Below, piece after piece: positions 21,472 to 39,722 of a stretch of 64,000 nucleotides of DNA. Location of the stretch: assembly GCF_048593235.1 (NCBI RefSeq), contig NC_133620.1, positions 352,460,454 to 352,524,453 on the forward strand. Direction: 5' to 3'. A program made the translations under genes and the position numbers. How positions within the stretch are numbered: the first letter of the stretch is position 1; each line of letters opens with the position of its first letter. The notes below the pieces were generated by a model. The model had not been told where the DNA came from. It did not search any database and saw only the letters and a list, made by a program, of their open reading frames with translations. This stretch comes from Sminthopsis crassicaudata. Its lineage: Eukaryota.

Positions 21472-24400
21472 GGTCTGAGGACAGCAAGGAACCCTGACTT
21501 CCCAGCCTAGGGTAGAGCTATATGTCTATCAGATGTTCCCTTTATCATTCAAGTTCTGCCATTAATTTCAGTGAAAAGATTGGGGAGTCTTTTGTATACT
21601 TTTTTCTTTCTAATGTTTTCCCAGAGCTAATGTTGAGAAAAGCACCACTAGAGTTGAGAATAACTATAGAAACTAGGTAAATGTTAGAAACAAGTTTCTC
21701 TATAGTCACTTGAGTGAATTGTTGACTCTTTGGGGTCTTTGAGAAATTGACAACTGGGGAAAATGAATGCTGATGTTTAGAAAGTAGAGAGGTAATTTGA
21801 AAAGAAAATCAAAGAATCACCCAAATGAACAGGGAATGTACCAAGGTCTAGTTCTGGAAATCAACAAAATCTCACTGAGATCAAATGAACATGTTCAAAG
21901 GAAAATGATTTGGGAATGGATTATAATATCTAAGAACTAAAAGGAATCACCAATGGGGATTACCAAAATGGGTACATAATTAAATGAGAAGTTGGTTGTA
22001 GAACCATAAAATTAGAGTTGAAAAGGGCCATAGAAATTATTTAGCCCAGTCCCCCTCATTCAAGATATTAGCTATAGAGAGAGACAAAAACATAAACATG
22101 TAGATGTAAGCATAGACATAGAGGTAGAGATTTAAATGTGGATATAAATATAGATATAAACTAATTCCCAGAAAAGTTAAGTGATTATGTCCAAAATCAT
22201 ATAAGACAATTAATGGCAGGTAGGATTTGAAATCATGTCTTCTACCTCCAAATCTGGTTCTCTCTTCCCTCCAGATTGCCTTCCATATTTCTCACAATAG
22301 CATCCTTACTTCTTTCAAAATGGATTATCCAATATAATAATATTCCCTTATTATTCCTCTCCTTTATAAAAGAATGCACATTTTATTGGATCTTCATATA
22401 GGACATGCTCCTAAAATGAGATCTCTTTAGAAGAAATATCAAAAAATTACATGCATGCAAAAATTTTACCCAATAAGGTGTATGTAATCCAATTCAGTTC
22501 GATCCAATAATCAGCAAAGTACTGGAAATATAAATACAAAACTAAAAATCATCCCTACCCTCAAGAAGCTTACATTCTAGAGTCTTGCCCTTGTATCATA
22601 TTATAGCATGGAGCCAACTCTAGGTTCTCAATGGTAATGTCAACAGAGTACTAGTTCTGGCAGGTCCTAAGATGAAAAGACTCTCCCCCAAGTTGGGAGA
22701 TAGATCATCATTAAATGATCAGTCTTGCTAAATTCACAGTCCCTTATGAAGTTGTCTTCAGATCCATCACAGTACTTCTCAAAGACCATCTCTACCTCAA
22801 AAAAGGGATTTCCCTGAGTCAACAGAGAAAGCTCCCACATCAATAAAAGCATAGGACCTCAAAGTATAGTATATCAAGTGATATAATCAATCCAACATAT
22901 CAAAACTGTCTTTAGTGAAAAAAAAGTTTACATATTGATAAAATGGGCTGCTCTCTGCAATCTGTGATGATGAAATTATAGGCTCTGGAAATTACATTCA
23001 CTCTTTCAAATCTTTAGGATCAGATTAGTTATTTGACTTTTCCATAGCCCAACAACAGGAACATCTCTCCAGACTAGAGGCTACAAAATTTTCCCTCATC
23101 CCTGGCCATACATGGCCTGTCAGTCCCTTCAGCATTAGAATGTTCATTCCTTGAAGGTTGAGACCATTTTTTCCCTTCTTGTATCCTTAACATTTAGCAT
23201 GTTGTTTGGCACACAATAATTGCTTAGTAGAGGTTTCTTGACTGACTAATCTGTCCACCAAAAGAAGTATATATGTGTATGTATATATACACATATATTT
23301 ATGTATAGATGAATTCCAAAGGTCATTTGTCTTTTTAGTCTCATGTATATATACATATATGTGTGTATGTATATATAGATAAATAGATAGATAGATAGAT
23401 ACACACACTATCTTATTAAAAAGCAAATTCATTGAAGATAGGGAGAATATTCTATGCATTATTTCCAGGACTTAGCACAATGATTAGCATTTTTAATAAA
23501 AGTTGTATATACTGATATTTATTTCCTTCCTTCATTTTTTCCTTCTTCCCTTTCCTCTTGTCTTTTATCTTTCTCTCTTTCCTTCCTTCTTTTTTTTTCT
23601 TTCTTCCATAACCTCTTTCTTTCCCTAGCTAAATTCAAAGAAGTTCTTTGTCAGGTTGGTCCCTGTTCTACTTATTAATAAAGAATATTTCCAGACTCTT
23701 GCAAAGATTTTTCTTTTCAAGATTTTTTACCAGTGCTACATTTCATTTTATCATTAAACATATGCTGAAGATGAGACAACTCTTAACTATTATCTCTCAG
23801 TAATGTTGGAGGTTAAACTGGATGATCCCTAGAAAGCTAATAGCAGAAATTCCATACTGCAGACCATGACTCAAGTAGCCTAGGTAAAGAGCCTTTTTGG
23901 ATGTTTAAGATATTTACCGTCAAGTATCAAAGAGTCAACTTGGTACTCTACAAAGGTGTTAAACATATGCCAAAGGACCTGAATTATAGCTTATAACACT
24001 CTAGAATTAGCCCTAAGTAGATTAAAATCATTTGAGAAATATTTAGGAATAAAAATAAAATAAAACATAGATAATGTTACTATGTGGCTTTCTAAGTCAA
24101 TGTGTGGCCTACAAAATTCTTTATGTACATTTTAGTGATCCCAGTTTCTATTTGATTTTGACACCACTGAGGGAATGGATTCAGCATTAGGTTGAGAGCC
24201 AGGTTCAAATTCTACCTGTGACATTTATCAGCTGTGTGACTCTGGAAAAGTCATATTTATGCTAAGACAACTTGGACAACTGAATAGGACTCAGCAACTA
24301 AGCTGATCAGTTAGGATCTAAGGAAGTGCCTCACGCTGATTAAGCCACAATCTCTAAATATATTCAGATATATAAAATATGAAACAGCAATGTGCATTTT

Positions 24401-25967
24401 TTTCCCTCTTAATCAGATTACCTCTGAAAGAATCCTATATCTGGAGTAAATTGAGAACTGCCAAAATGACTTCCAATTCTTCAAAGTTTCAAGAAAATAC
24501 AAACATTTCTGTTTGCTATGCACAAACTGGACATGAAATAAATGCTAGGATAAATTCATAGGAAAACAAAAAGTTACAGTTAGAAGTAATATAATAAAGT
24601 GCCCATCTTACAAGTCAAACTAAGGTCAAAAAAGTTTATTTGGCCAAGATTTTACAGGAAGCAGAAATGAGATTCAACCTAGGTTTTGTAACTCTAAGGA
24701 AAGTCATCATAGAGACAAGCTTTTTTTCCCTTCTTGCCCTATTACAAAATTTCAATCTAACTGAATAGTTTTTGTTATTTTTTTCAAAATGTCAATCCAA
24801 ATATCTGGTAACTTTTTGGAATTTTCTGTATGTCCAGTTTGATTTAATAATTCTTTGTAAATCACTTGAAGAAAGAATTTTTGTTTTTGTATTTGGTGTC
24901 CCCAGTGCCCAGCATGATGTACATCTCATAGTAAACACTTATTAAATGCTGATGGAATAAGAGGTAAAATGGAAAGAGCCCTTAATCCAGATTCAGAAGG
25001 TTTAGGTTTGAACCAACGTTTTGTTCCTTGTTATGCATATGATGTTAAGCAAAGCATTTGACTTTGCAGAATCCCCACTTCCTCATCTATGACATGTAAA
25101 AACTTGGATGACCTCTAAGAATCCTTCCATTTCAAGATTCTATGATTTTGCTTTGATTGTCACCAAAATAAATAGAAAGATCTGAAATTTTAATTTTAGC
25201 CTTTCCTGGTTAACAAGGTAAGCACTACTGGGTGAGACAATCGATTTGATTTTGAAATAAATTTTTCTTCTGAGTTTTTTTTAATTCACTTGGAAACCCA
25301 ATGTTATACATTCAAGAAACCAATTTGAAAAAAAAGTATAAACTTGCTCTTGCGATTTCTGATCCAGGCTCTGACTATAGTCACAAACAGGCTACCCTCT
25401 CAGTCAACTGAGCAGAGTAAATTAGGGATATAAACATGACCAATCTCAAAAGTTTGTAGTGAGGAGTAAATAATGGAAATAATTAGGAGATCATTGGCAT
25501 AGGAGAAGGCTAGCCTATAATACCTTCTAGGGCTTCCCTTGACAGTTAAGGCGAGTGATGCATTATAAGTGCCTCAGGTCTAAAAAGGCAACTATAACTA
25601 AATATCCCATTCCCAATTAAATAATTATATTTCTCTGGCATTCTAAGAATCTGTATTTTTATAAGCACAAGCCAGTATCAGGATGAAAGGATGCAACCTA
25701 ACCTGATCCTCTGGATTTCCTCGATGTTTTCATCTATTCTGGAATTTAATTTCATTAGTGTGAAAACTTCCTCCACTAATGAAGATCAACAAATTAGCTA
25801 TAACTTAGTGACTTAAAGAATTATCCTAAACAGGAGAATGTCTCTTGCCCCTAATTATAAAGCTAATGTGTCAGAGACAGGATTTGAATCCCAGTTTTTT
25901 TTAAATTAGCAATATTAGCTGGCTTCCCCATAGTAGGTGATTAATATGTATTTATTGAATCAAAGTA

Positions 25968-26165
25968 AAAAGAAGGGAGGAGAAGGAGGAAAAGAAGGAG
26001 GAGAAGGATGAGGAAGAAGAAGAGGAGAAGGAAAAGGAGGAGGAAGAAGAGGAGAAGGAGGAGGAGAATGAAAAGAAGGGTGAAGAGGAAGAAGATGATG
26101 AGGAGGAGAAAAGGAAGAAGAGGAGAAGGAGGAGGAAAAAGTGGAGGAGGAGAAAAAGGAGGAAC
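25968..26165. repeat. (GAG/GAA)n purine-rich tract
   Basis: Almost purely A/G. Confidence 0.95.
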
Positions 26166-26660
26166 TCAAGTAGATAATAACTATGTCTAGATATATAATT
26201 CTTAACAAAAAATTGAATAAAAGATTATAAAGGATTTTTTAAAAAAGATATTTTCTATACTATGAAACTGAAAAATTTGGGAACTAACAAAATCAAAGCA
26301 ACTAGGATGAGAAGAGAAACTGATGATTAAGGGGAGAAAATTCTACCAAATAGTTCTGCTATCAAAAGCCATTTTCAATGACATATGCTTTCAAATATTG
26401 CATTTAAGTGATCAAAAGAGATAGATCACAAAAGAATTGCAAACTATAAGCAATGATATGAACAACTGAACTAATAATATGAATTACCCTCTGTTTACCT
26501 CAGATTCTCATCCATAAAATATGAATAATAAAAGCAACTACCTTCCAAAGTTTTTATGAGGTTCAAATAAGATCATATTTAGAAACTATTTTAGAAGTCT
26601 TAAAGTACTACATAAATTCCAGTTATTAGTAGCAATTACATTGAAAACTGAAGTTGAATA

Positions 26661-26805
26661 TATTGCTTGCCATCTAGGGGATGAGATGGAGGGAAAGAAG
26701 GCAAAATTTGGAATTTGGAATACAAGGCCATGCAAGGGTCAATGTTGAGAAATTATCCATCCATATGTTTTGAAAATAAAAAGCTTTAATAAAAAAGTGG
26801 GGGAG
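26661..26805 (+). mobile_element. Short L1 3' tail insertion
   Basis: Terminal L1 UTR with aataaaaaa; imperfect TSD 26644-26660 and 26806-26821; absent from the duplicate copy near 27990. Confidence 0.6.
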
Positions 26806-27069
26806 AAAATTGAAGTCAATACATGAACAAATAATGTCAATAAAATGTTAAAAAATAAAAGAGGGAACAAAAATAAATATGGTCACATCATCTAGTTCAC
26901 TAATAGCAAAAGAAATGCAAATCAAAAAACTTTTAGATCTCATCTCATACTTAGCAAATTGGAAAATGATAAAATATAATAGATAAGGTAAAATTAAATA
27001 AAATATAAATAATTAATTTAATTTAAATTTAAATAAAATAAAAGATAAAAGATAACAAAATGTAATAAT

Positions 27070-27690
27070 GGTTAAATGATGGCAGTGTTGTGGAAAGACA
27101 CACTAGTGAACTTTTGGTCAATTTGTGAAATTCCCATTCTAAAAATCAATCTGGAATCTTGTGAAGAAAGTGACTAAAATATCCCTGTTTTTACTCAGAG
27201 ATTCTGTCACAAGACATATGCTCTAGGGAAGTCAAGTTTTAAAAGAAACATTCCATGTACAACAAAATATTTGAGCAGCCTTTTTTGTAATACCAGAAAA
27301 TTGGAAACAAAGAAAAATCTATTGATTAGAGAATAATTTAACAAATTGTTTATGGATATGATGGAATGTACCCATCACTATGGGAGCACTACCATAAGAA
27401 AGAATTAGTATGAAAAACAAGGAATAAATGGGAACACTTTCATGAATTGATTTAAAGTGAAATAACCAGACAAAACAATATATACAACAACTACTATGGT
27501 ATAAGTGGAAAGAAAGCAACAAAGTTGAAATGTTATGGAAATTTCGATGAAGCTCAGTCCTGAAAAAGAAATATAATGATGCACTAACCTTCTTTCATAG
27601 TAGGGGACTATGGTTAGAACACTTCATACTCCCACCAGACTTGGTTAATGAGTTGGTTAGTTTTGTTGAATTACTATTTTTCCTTTCTTT
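27070..27690 (+). mobile_element. Old L1 3' fragment
   Basis: Degraded ORF2 end (AAFFVIPENWKQ...); boundaries approximate. Confidence 0.6.
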
Positions 27691-28429
27691 TTTATTATTT
27701 ATTATAAGGAGTAATGCTCTCAAGGAATGAGAGAAAGCACGATGGATAGAGCACTAGACATGGAATCAGAATGACCTGAAACACTTTCTAGTTGTGTGAC
27801 CTGGGCAAATCACTTAACTAACCTCTGTTTATCTCATATTCTTCATCCATAAAATATGAATAATAATAATAATAATATCTATCTCCCAGAGCTTTTGTGA
27901 GGCTCAAATAATAATATTTTGTGTACTGTTTTAGAAAACTTAAAGTTATATAATAACTATTTAAAATCCAGTTATTAATAGAATTGAAGCTGAAGTTAAA
28001 AAAATGTCAATAAAATGTTAAAAAAAAAAAAAAAAAGAGGGAAAAAATAAATGTGGTCATCATTTAAAAAATTAGAAAAGAAGAAAATTAGATGCTTTTC
28101 ACAACTATGAATTGGGGGGAAATTCTTAACTACACAAGGAATATAGTTATTATAAGCAATAAAACATATCATTCTGATTACTTAAAAATTAAGGGGAAAT
28201 TACATCAAATATCTCTGATATCCAGGCAACACAGAAAATTTACAATATAAGCCATTTCTCAACTGGGAAAGTAGTCAATGATTATGAATAGTTATCAAAA
28301 GAAGAATTGCAAGTTCTTAAAAGTGAGTTATAAAAGATTGCTCCAAATAACTAAAAAGAAAAATGCAATTTAAGATAATTGAAGTTTCACCTAATATCCA
28401 GAAAACTGTCAAAGATGACATTGGGACTT

Positions 28430-29600
28430 AAAGAAAATTAAGGTGCATCTGAGGAAGCAGCTGAATGGAGAATATATTGGAATAGAGACTTAAGTCAGGC
28501 AGATCCACAAACAAGCTATTGCAATAATCTAGGTGGGAGGTGATAAAGGTCTGCACTAAAGTAGTGACAATGTCAGAGGAGTAGAAGGGAGCATATATAA
28601 GACGTTGCAAAGTGAAAATTGACAGTTCTTGGCAACAGCTTGAATATGGGGTGGGGAAGAGACAGTGAGGAATCCAGAATGATTCCTAGGTTGTCGAGTC
28701 TGAGGGACTGAGAGGATGGTGGTGTTGTCTTCTACAATAAAAAGAAAGGTAGGAGTGGGAGAAGTTTTAAGCTGAAGATCATGAGCTCTGTTTTGGATAT
28801 ATTGAGTTTAAGATTTTAATTGTATATCATTTCAAAATGACTGAAAGGCAATTGGAGATGTGAGATTAAACATTAGCAGAGATATTGGGGGAGGAAAGAT
28901 AGTTTCGAAAATCAACAGGATCAAGATGGTAATAAAATCCATGGTAGCAGATGAGATCACTAAATGAAGTAATACAGGGAGAGAAAAGAAAAAGGACCCA
29001 AGGCAAAATCTATAGTTATAAAGGGTGTGATCTGGAAAAGAATCTAGCAAACCTGAGATGGAATGGGGTGGTTAGATAGAAGCAAAACCAGGAGTAAAAC
29101 CTGAAAACTTAGAGAAAAGAGTATCAACAAAGAAAGAATGATCAAAATTCTCAAAGGCTACAGAGAAATCAAGGAGAATGAGGACTGAGAAAAAGTCATT
29201 GGACTTGGCAACCAAGAGATCATTTCAGTGTAATGATAAGGTACAAAGCTACAATGTAAGGGGTTAAGAAGACAATGAGATGAGAGAAAATGGAGACATT
29301 TAGATCTTTTCCAGGAATTTAGCTACCAAAAAAACATGAAAGAAATAGGATGGTATTTTACTAGGATAGAAAGATCAAATGAGGTTTTTTTTTAGGATCG
29401 GGGAGACAATGGCATATTTGTAAGACAGTAGGAAAGTTGCTAATATAAAGGGAGATATTAAAATAAGAGAAAATGTGAGAATGACAGAGTGGATAATGGG
29501 TTGGATAATAGGGAATGAAATAGCATCTCTTGAACAGATAGATTAGTCTTGGTAAGGAGTAAAATGATTTCATCATGGAATGGAAAATGTCATCCACATC
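28430..29600 (-). mobile_element. L2 LINE fragment
   Basis: Minus ORF TTLVQTFITSHLDYCNSLFVDLP is the typical L2 RT C-terminal motif; boundaries approximate. Confidence 0.75.
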
Positions 29601-31357
29601 CAACAAAAGAACTACAGAAATTAAATGCCAGTCAAAGCACTCTTTTGATATTTCTGGTTTTTCTTTTCTTTCTTGTGGCATTTCCTTTTCGTTTTGATTT
29701 TCTTTCACAACATGACTAATGTGGTAATATGTTTTAAATGATTGTGTATATATAGTTTATATCAGATTGCTTGCTATCTTGAGGAGGGGAGAGGGAAGGA
29801 AGGGAAGGAGGGAAAACAATTGAAACAAAATTCTATAAAAGTGAATGTCAAAAACTATCTTCACATGTAATTGGAAAAAATATTAAGTGAAAAAAGAATT
29901 AGCTATCACCCATACTCAACATTCCATCTCATCCTCTCATTTCTTTGCAGATTCTATTCTTATATCCCTAGTAAGAACTCACTCCTTTCCCCCACTTCTC
30001 AGAATCCTTATCAACCCACATGCCTCCTTTGATTAGAAATCTTTCTTGACCTAATCCCTGTAATTGTTAGTGTTCTTTTCCTTCATAGATTTTCACTACA
30101 TTCTTAGTAGAATTTAAATTCCTCATTTGGAATAATTTTGTTTTGTTTTGTCATGATATCCACCATGTCTAGCATGTTTCCTTGCTCATGATATGTACTT
30201 AATATTTGTGGAATGAATAGAAAAACCCCTTAATTGAAAGAAGAAAAGATCTACTGTAGTTTCCCACCAATAAAGACCTTTCCTATAGATGTTTCATAAG
30301 AATTTTAAAAGGTGTTATTTCTTGGAAAAGGCCAAACCTATAGCCCAATTTCAGTTTAAGAAGTGGAATCAGCTAACAAAAACAACCACATCTGATGCTC
30401 TTTGACTGAGGACTTTGTTTTAGCCAGTTCTCAAAGTTTTATTCCCACCAGTGACTCTAAATTGTTCTCCTTTGTGTAGCTAAGAATTGATACAATTCTT
30501 GATAGAATTAGTGTAACAGCTCTGCATCCATTGTGTAGCCTATAACAACTCTTTGGAGCTGTGGAGAAAGCTAGAATGACAGAATCAAGTGTTTCTTGGT
30601 CAGGGGGAGCTCTGTGTCAAGCTAAAGAATTAAATAGCTAGAATGCATTGGGAAAAAACCTGGATTTGTTCATGCCCTGTTAACCAAAATGGAATTGGCA
30701 TAAGGCTAATAGATTGCAAACTTCACTGAGTCCTAGAGAGTTAAAGCCAACTGAGACAAACACTGCCTAAATTCAACTGAAAAGACTTGACCAAAAATAT
30801 TCACATTCATAGCCAATCTATATAAATTCCAGTTCATGTTTCTTAATATTCTTTAGTATTCCAAACAGCTATGGAAGATCTATGGCAGTTCAAAGGGGGT
30901 ATAGGCTTCAGTAAATTGATAAAGGGGATTCAGGATGCAAAAACGTGGTTAAGGGCTAGAGGATCACCACGGTTTCTGCTTCTGCAGTTCTTACATTGTG
31001 TAGTCTAACATTCTGTATGTTAAGACCCCTAGTTCCCGCATTTTAGACTCTATTTCACAAGTTGATAGACAAGGTAAGTGTTTCTCCTCAACTTTTCTCT
31101 TAGATAAACCAGTCAAAAAGAGGCCCCAGACAAGAGGAATTGTGTTTCAGAAATCAGGTTCCACTGTCTGTGTGGTCAGTTTTACATTGTACTGACTAAC
31201 ACAATAACCCAGCTATTGCAAAGCTTTAGCATCTCAGGGTGGAACCATATAATGACAGGGTTTTCAAGTGGCTTTTTATGGAGCACTCAAATGATGAGCA
31301 GATTGCAGTAAATGAATAGTAATGAGAAACATGTTTGCTTTGCCAAAAGAAAGTCAG

Positions 31358-31363
31358 TTTATT
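31358..31363 (-). terminator. Poly(A) signal of KRT31-like
   Basis: AATAAA about 290 nt past the stop. Confidence 0.7.
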
Positions 31364-31649
31364 AGGAAGTTGCAGAGGAGAGTATCTCTTGTGTTTTGGG
31401 AAGATTCTGAGGCAGTGGAGAGAACAGTAAATCCAACTTTTAAAAAGGGGGCAGAGGTTGATACTTGAGTTTCCAGATCTCTGGAAACCAGTATCCTTGG
31501 AAGTGGCACTGAATTGTCCATTTTAAGGGTGTAGATATTTCCAATGTGTTTCCTCCCCATGTTCCAGCATTCCACTGATGTGAATAGGGCTCTGTGATGG
31601 TTAGAAGCACTTGACCCTTTCCTCCTTTCACCTCCATACTATGACACTT

Positions 31650-35056
<3,407 letters not shown>

Positions 35057-35144
35057 GGTGGTATGATGGTGGATTGTTTGGTTGGGTGCAGAAGTCTTGT
35101 CTCCAGAGCCAGCAAGGTTATGGAGCTTCTATTTACCAAGGAAC

Positions 35145-35368
35145 CTTTATAGTTCTCTAGTATTGGGTGTGGACAGAGTATCCAATGTCTTTTTTCTTTT
35201 TACTTCTTCACTGATTTTCAAAAGCCCTACCCATCAGTCTGTTCCTTACCTTCCTCAGAAGAGTCCCTCACCTCATAAAAAGACTTTACTTGAGCTTCTT
35301 GCTAACTCAGGACTCCTCTGTTGTGCTCTACACCCATGAAATAAGAGTTTTGTGGTACATCTTCAAAG
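35145..35368 (-). promoter_or_regulatory. KRT31-like proximal promoter
   Basis: TATAAAG 35145-35151, CCACACCC about 35165-35172, TTTTATGAG 35272-35280, CTTTGAAG 35361-35368. Confidence 0.78.
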
Positions 35369-36369
35369 AGAAAATATTCTCCATACCCAAATACTTGCCC
35401 TCATTAAGTAGGTGTTGTTCCCTAAGGTGGCATTCCATTTGTGTCACTTGGAAGGGGAAATGACTTTGTAGGACATCGCAGTGATGGGCTTTTGTCCCAA
35501 TTCTTTTTCAGAGCATTATTAGATCCAAGATCTTGAGAAATTTGAGCACTAAACATATGCCACCTTTTTCCATGGGCATGCATATGTTGATTTATTTCAA
35601 GGGAATGTGAAAGAAGACCATAGTATGTTGAAGATTTAGAATAGTTAAGACTTCCATGGTAAACTTCTAAAAAAATTTTGAGGAATAGATTGGTTTAAAG
35701 GTGGGCCCTCTGATATAAGTCAGAGGCCCAAGAAAACTGAAAACTTGAGATCTAAGTACATAGCATCTTAGATTCGTGGCGTTTAGACCAGAAAAGAATG
35801 CAGAATATAAACTTCTTGAATGCAGGGGATCATTTCATTTTTGTCTTTCTAGCTCTAGTACCTGGCAAAACACCTGGAAAATATTAGGATTTATTAATTG
35901 ATTGCTCCAAAGTCATCAAGGCCAATGTATTCATCTTCAAAGTGAGGAAAATGAGATGCAGATAGGTTGTGACTTGCCCACTTTCACAGATGTAGTAAGA
36001 AGCAAAGCTGGAATTCCAGCCCTGATCCCCTGATTTTAAATCTGGCTATGTTTCGATTATAACACACTCACTTTGAAATAGAGGAGTGAAATACAACTTG
36101 ATGAATGCAAAACATGGAGACAATCCAGATAAATGGACTGCCAAAGGAGGAGGCAAAAAGAGGATCAAAAGAACAAACCGCTTATTTAAATGTAAGGCTC
36201 TGACGGGGGAAAGGAAAACCTAACAGAATTATTTCAATAACCTTTATAAAGAGCCTCCTATCTCCAAGGAACTGGATTCTTGAATAATAATCAGATAAAT
36301 AAATAAAATTAAATAAATAAAATACAAGATAAATTGGGGATATTTTTGGTGGACTCTTAGGATTTGGGG

Positions 36370-36905
36370 ATTCAAAGTCTGAGCATAAAATAACATATAG
36401 GACAAACATTTCTTTTTCATGCATGTATGATAATTTTAAACATTTTTCCATATTTATCATATTATGCAAGAAAAATTAGGCCAAAAGGAGGGGAAAAACA
36501 GGAGAAAGAAAAAAGCAAGCAAACAAACAAAAGATGAAAAAGCTATGCTTTGATCTAAATTCGGTCTCTGTAGTTCTTGCTCTGAATGCCAATGGCATCT
36601 TCCATCCCAAGTCTATTGAAATTGTCTTAAATCACTGTATTAATGAGATGAACTAAGTCCATCACAGTTGAGCATATTATAATCTTGTTGTTACTGTGTA
36701 TAATGCTCACTTCTGCTCACTTCACTTGGCATCAGTTCATATAAGTCTTTTCAGGCTTTTCTGAAATCAGCCTTCTCATCATTTCTTAGAGAACAATAAT
36801 ATTCCATTACATTCATATACTATGACTTATTCAGCTATTCCTCAATTGATGAGCATCCATTCAATTTCCAATTCCTTGCCAGTACAAAAAGAGCTGCTAC
36901 ATTTT
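36370..36905 (-). mobile_element. Old L1 3' fragment
   Basis: Minus strand AALFVLARNWKLNGCSSIEE*LNK followed by 3' UTR-like sequence; boundaries approximate. Confidence 0.75.
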
Positions 36906-39594
36906 TGCACATGAAGATGCTTAGGAAAAATACTTCCTGACTAAACAGCATCTGTGACTCAAGTTGCAACATACCTGTTTTACTTCACAGGCATCCCTAT
37001 TTTTATTTTAGATTTCTTCCTGGTTTACAATATAAAACTGCACTTCTTGTACTTTGTCTATCTCCATGGCAAAGGACCAAATGTGCTGTTTTCTATCCCC
37101 TGAAAGTTGTTTATCCCACGAATTAAAAGGTTTTCTCACCACACAGGTCAGTGTTATTATCACTGATTATTGGCATATTTTTCAGATGAAAGACAAATGG
37201 GACTACAAAGGACAGCTGTGGTTACAATGGAATTATTATTTCTGTGTTTCTTCCCCAAGACAATTAAAGGGTGGGAAGGACTATTTTCTGAGTGAAATGC
37301 TCCCAAGGCTTTTCAAAACTAGGAAATGAGATTGCTTTACTTGAAAGCATCCATCTTAAAGAGGGGCTTCCAAGCATCCCAACTCCTTCAGAAATCTAAA
37401 AGCATCTGGGATTGTGACATATGGGAAGACCTACAGTGGTGGCTGCTTCAGAAAAGGGAGAAGAACTCCATATGGGGCAGAGTCCAGATCTTGTCCTTCC
37501 ACAGCTCTCTACAGCCACCCAAATATATTCCAGAGCATTGACTTTCCAAAAAGGAGAAGCCTGTCCAGCACTCGTCCCTTCTACTTGAGGGATAAAGGAA
37601 TGGGCAATGTTGCATAAAATGTTTGGACCAAATATCTGAAGTCTTTCAAAAGTTGGCATCATTTACACAAAGATATCTCCTGCCTTAACTGTAGCCTCTG
37701 AAAAACCTTGATCTGCTGGAAATGTGTGGAGCCAGAACAATAAGACTGAAAGATGAACTGACAAGAAGCAAAGCATATGCATACATATATATGTATGTAT
37801 ATTTGAACATACTGCTGGATGAACCAGGAGAAGATAAAAAACAGATGAAAAGTTTTTCTGAAGATTTTTAATTAGCAAAAAGAAGCAATGTCCAAACCAT
37901 TGATAAATATATTCTACTGGAAAAGTCAAAGAAGAAAAAGTCCAAAAGTGCATCTATCATTTGGCAGCAGGGTGGTCCAAGCTACTCAATGCCCCAGGGA
38001 GACAACAGTGGAGCCATCTCTTGAAAGGATTTGAGATCACAGAAACCACAGAATGTCTGTGGCCTCTGGGAGAAGATGCTAACAGAAATTCCAGGTACTA
38101 CAAGGTTTTAAAAGTCCAGCAAAGGTTAAAGATCTCAGTAGAGAGTTAGAAGGTGAATTGGAAGCTGAAAATATGCTGGTGTCTACAGCCAAGCAGTTAT
38201 TAGAAGTTAAGAGTTCTTTCAAAGCCTCATTGTTACTTTTTTAATACTTATGAATAGCAGAGGAAAGGCTAAAAGGGACATGGAATGCTGAGCATGGGAG
38301 TTTTGGGGTCTGACAAGGTAAAAAGTGAACAGCAAACTCCTGGAAACAATCTTTACTGAAGAGAAGAAAGAGCCTGCTGTTTTCTGGATTCCTTGGTTTT
38401 ATTAGGATAACAGCAAAAGACAATGATGAGAGGAGTTAAAGACAAAGATTGACATGAAACCTTCAACATCTGAACAGTAAGTAGACATAATTCTGCCATT
38501 TTCTGAATATCTCTTTTTCTAAGATGCTCAAAACACTAACTGAATCACGCGCTTTTGCTCCTTTAATCAATGAGAAAAATTGGGCAAGGAGAAGTGGAAA
38601 GTTGTTTCTGAGCTGAGATTGAAAAGCTCAGCTATCACTCCCAGTTCCACACCCACACCGATAAACATTGGCTCCTGTAGTGGGTAAGAAATCAGTTCGT
38701 TCACACACACACACACTTGCACATGTGCGCACATTGGCCACTGCAGTGGGTGAGGGATCAGGGATTCTGAATAGCTTGTGTTTCAGGCAGAAAGAACAAA
38801 CAAGGTAAAAACCTCCAAGAGATATAGGAACCAAGAGCAACTTAAAGGAATGAAAGGGATATTTGGAAGTATGTGTTTGTTTACTTCATGTAATCTAAAA
38901 AACAATGTAATGTATGCATTTGTATAAAAATATAGACTGCATCTTTGATTTTACTGATGTAGGAAAATCCCAAGTGAGTAAAATTTTTGATGAAGAATAG
39001 TACCTTTTCTTGCAAATAATGGTCTAAAAAATAAAATAATAATAATAATAATAATAGTCTTGGAGAATTGCCCAGTGAACTGAGAGTATATGTCAGAGGT
39101 AGGATCATTTTAATATAAATAAAACTTCCCACATAATTTTGCAAAGGACCTGACTTCTTTTTATGATGTTTAAGATTATTTAATAGCATCCTAATGGGAT
39201 TTTTTCTTTTTTCTCTTTTGCACAATTCTTTTGATATTTTACTGATAACTTTAAAAGAAGTGCCAATATATAGTGTGCTAAAAAAGTAAGCTAATTACTT
39301 AGGTCAGCCTTCAAGGAATCCAAAATAGAATAATGTCCATTATTGGTTTTTCTACCATTTTAAATTTTTTAATGTAGATAAAAGGATGCTATCAATCATA
39401 CTTATTAATTCTTGTAGCTCCTCTGATTTTTTAACATGAAAATTAGTTTAAAATAAAGGGAAAATCCTTCAATACATAGTATGGGATAAAAGAGGGTATG
39501 AATATAGAAATGGCCAAAGAACATTGAAGTAATCTGCTGACTGGAGCAAGGGAAAGGAAGGGATTAAGCATTTATTCTCTATTTTTCCCATGAA

Positions 39595-39722
39595 ATAATT
39601 AGGGTTAAGTGACTTGCCCAGGGTCACACAGTTAATAAGAGTTAAGTGTCTGAGGTGGAATTTGAACTCAGGTCCTGACTCCAAGGCTGATGCTTTATTC
39701 ACTGCACCATCCAGCTGCCCTG
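39595..39722 (-). mobile_element. MAR1/WSINE-like SINE
   Basis: Reverse complement GGGCAGCTGGATGGTGCAGTG...GAGTTCAAATTC...CAAGTCACTTAACCC. Confidence 0.8.

Noticed and set aside
25960-26208. Arg/Lys-rich and Ser/Pro-rich ORFs
   Set aside because: Translation of a purine-rich simple repeat
37529-37542. tccagagcattgac, identical to part of keratin exon 5, in the KRT41-syntenic interval
   Set aside because: Only 14 nt; the flanks do not resemble exon 5 and there are no splice sites at 126-nt spacing
37300-37790. Unique-looking stretch with semi-open frames (…CIKCLDQISEVFQKL…), possible processed pseudogene
   Set aside because: Multiple stops and no protein family I can recognise; blastx would be needed
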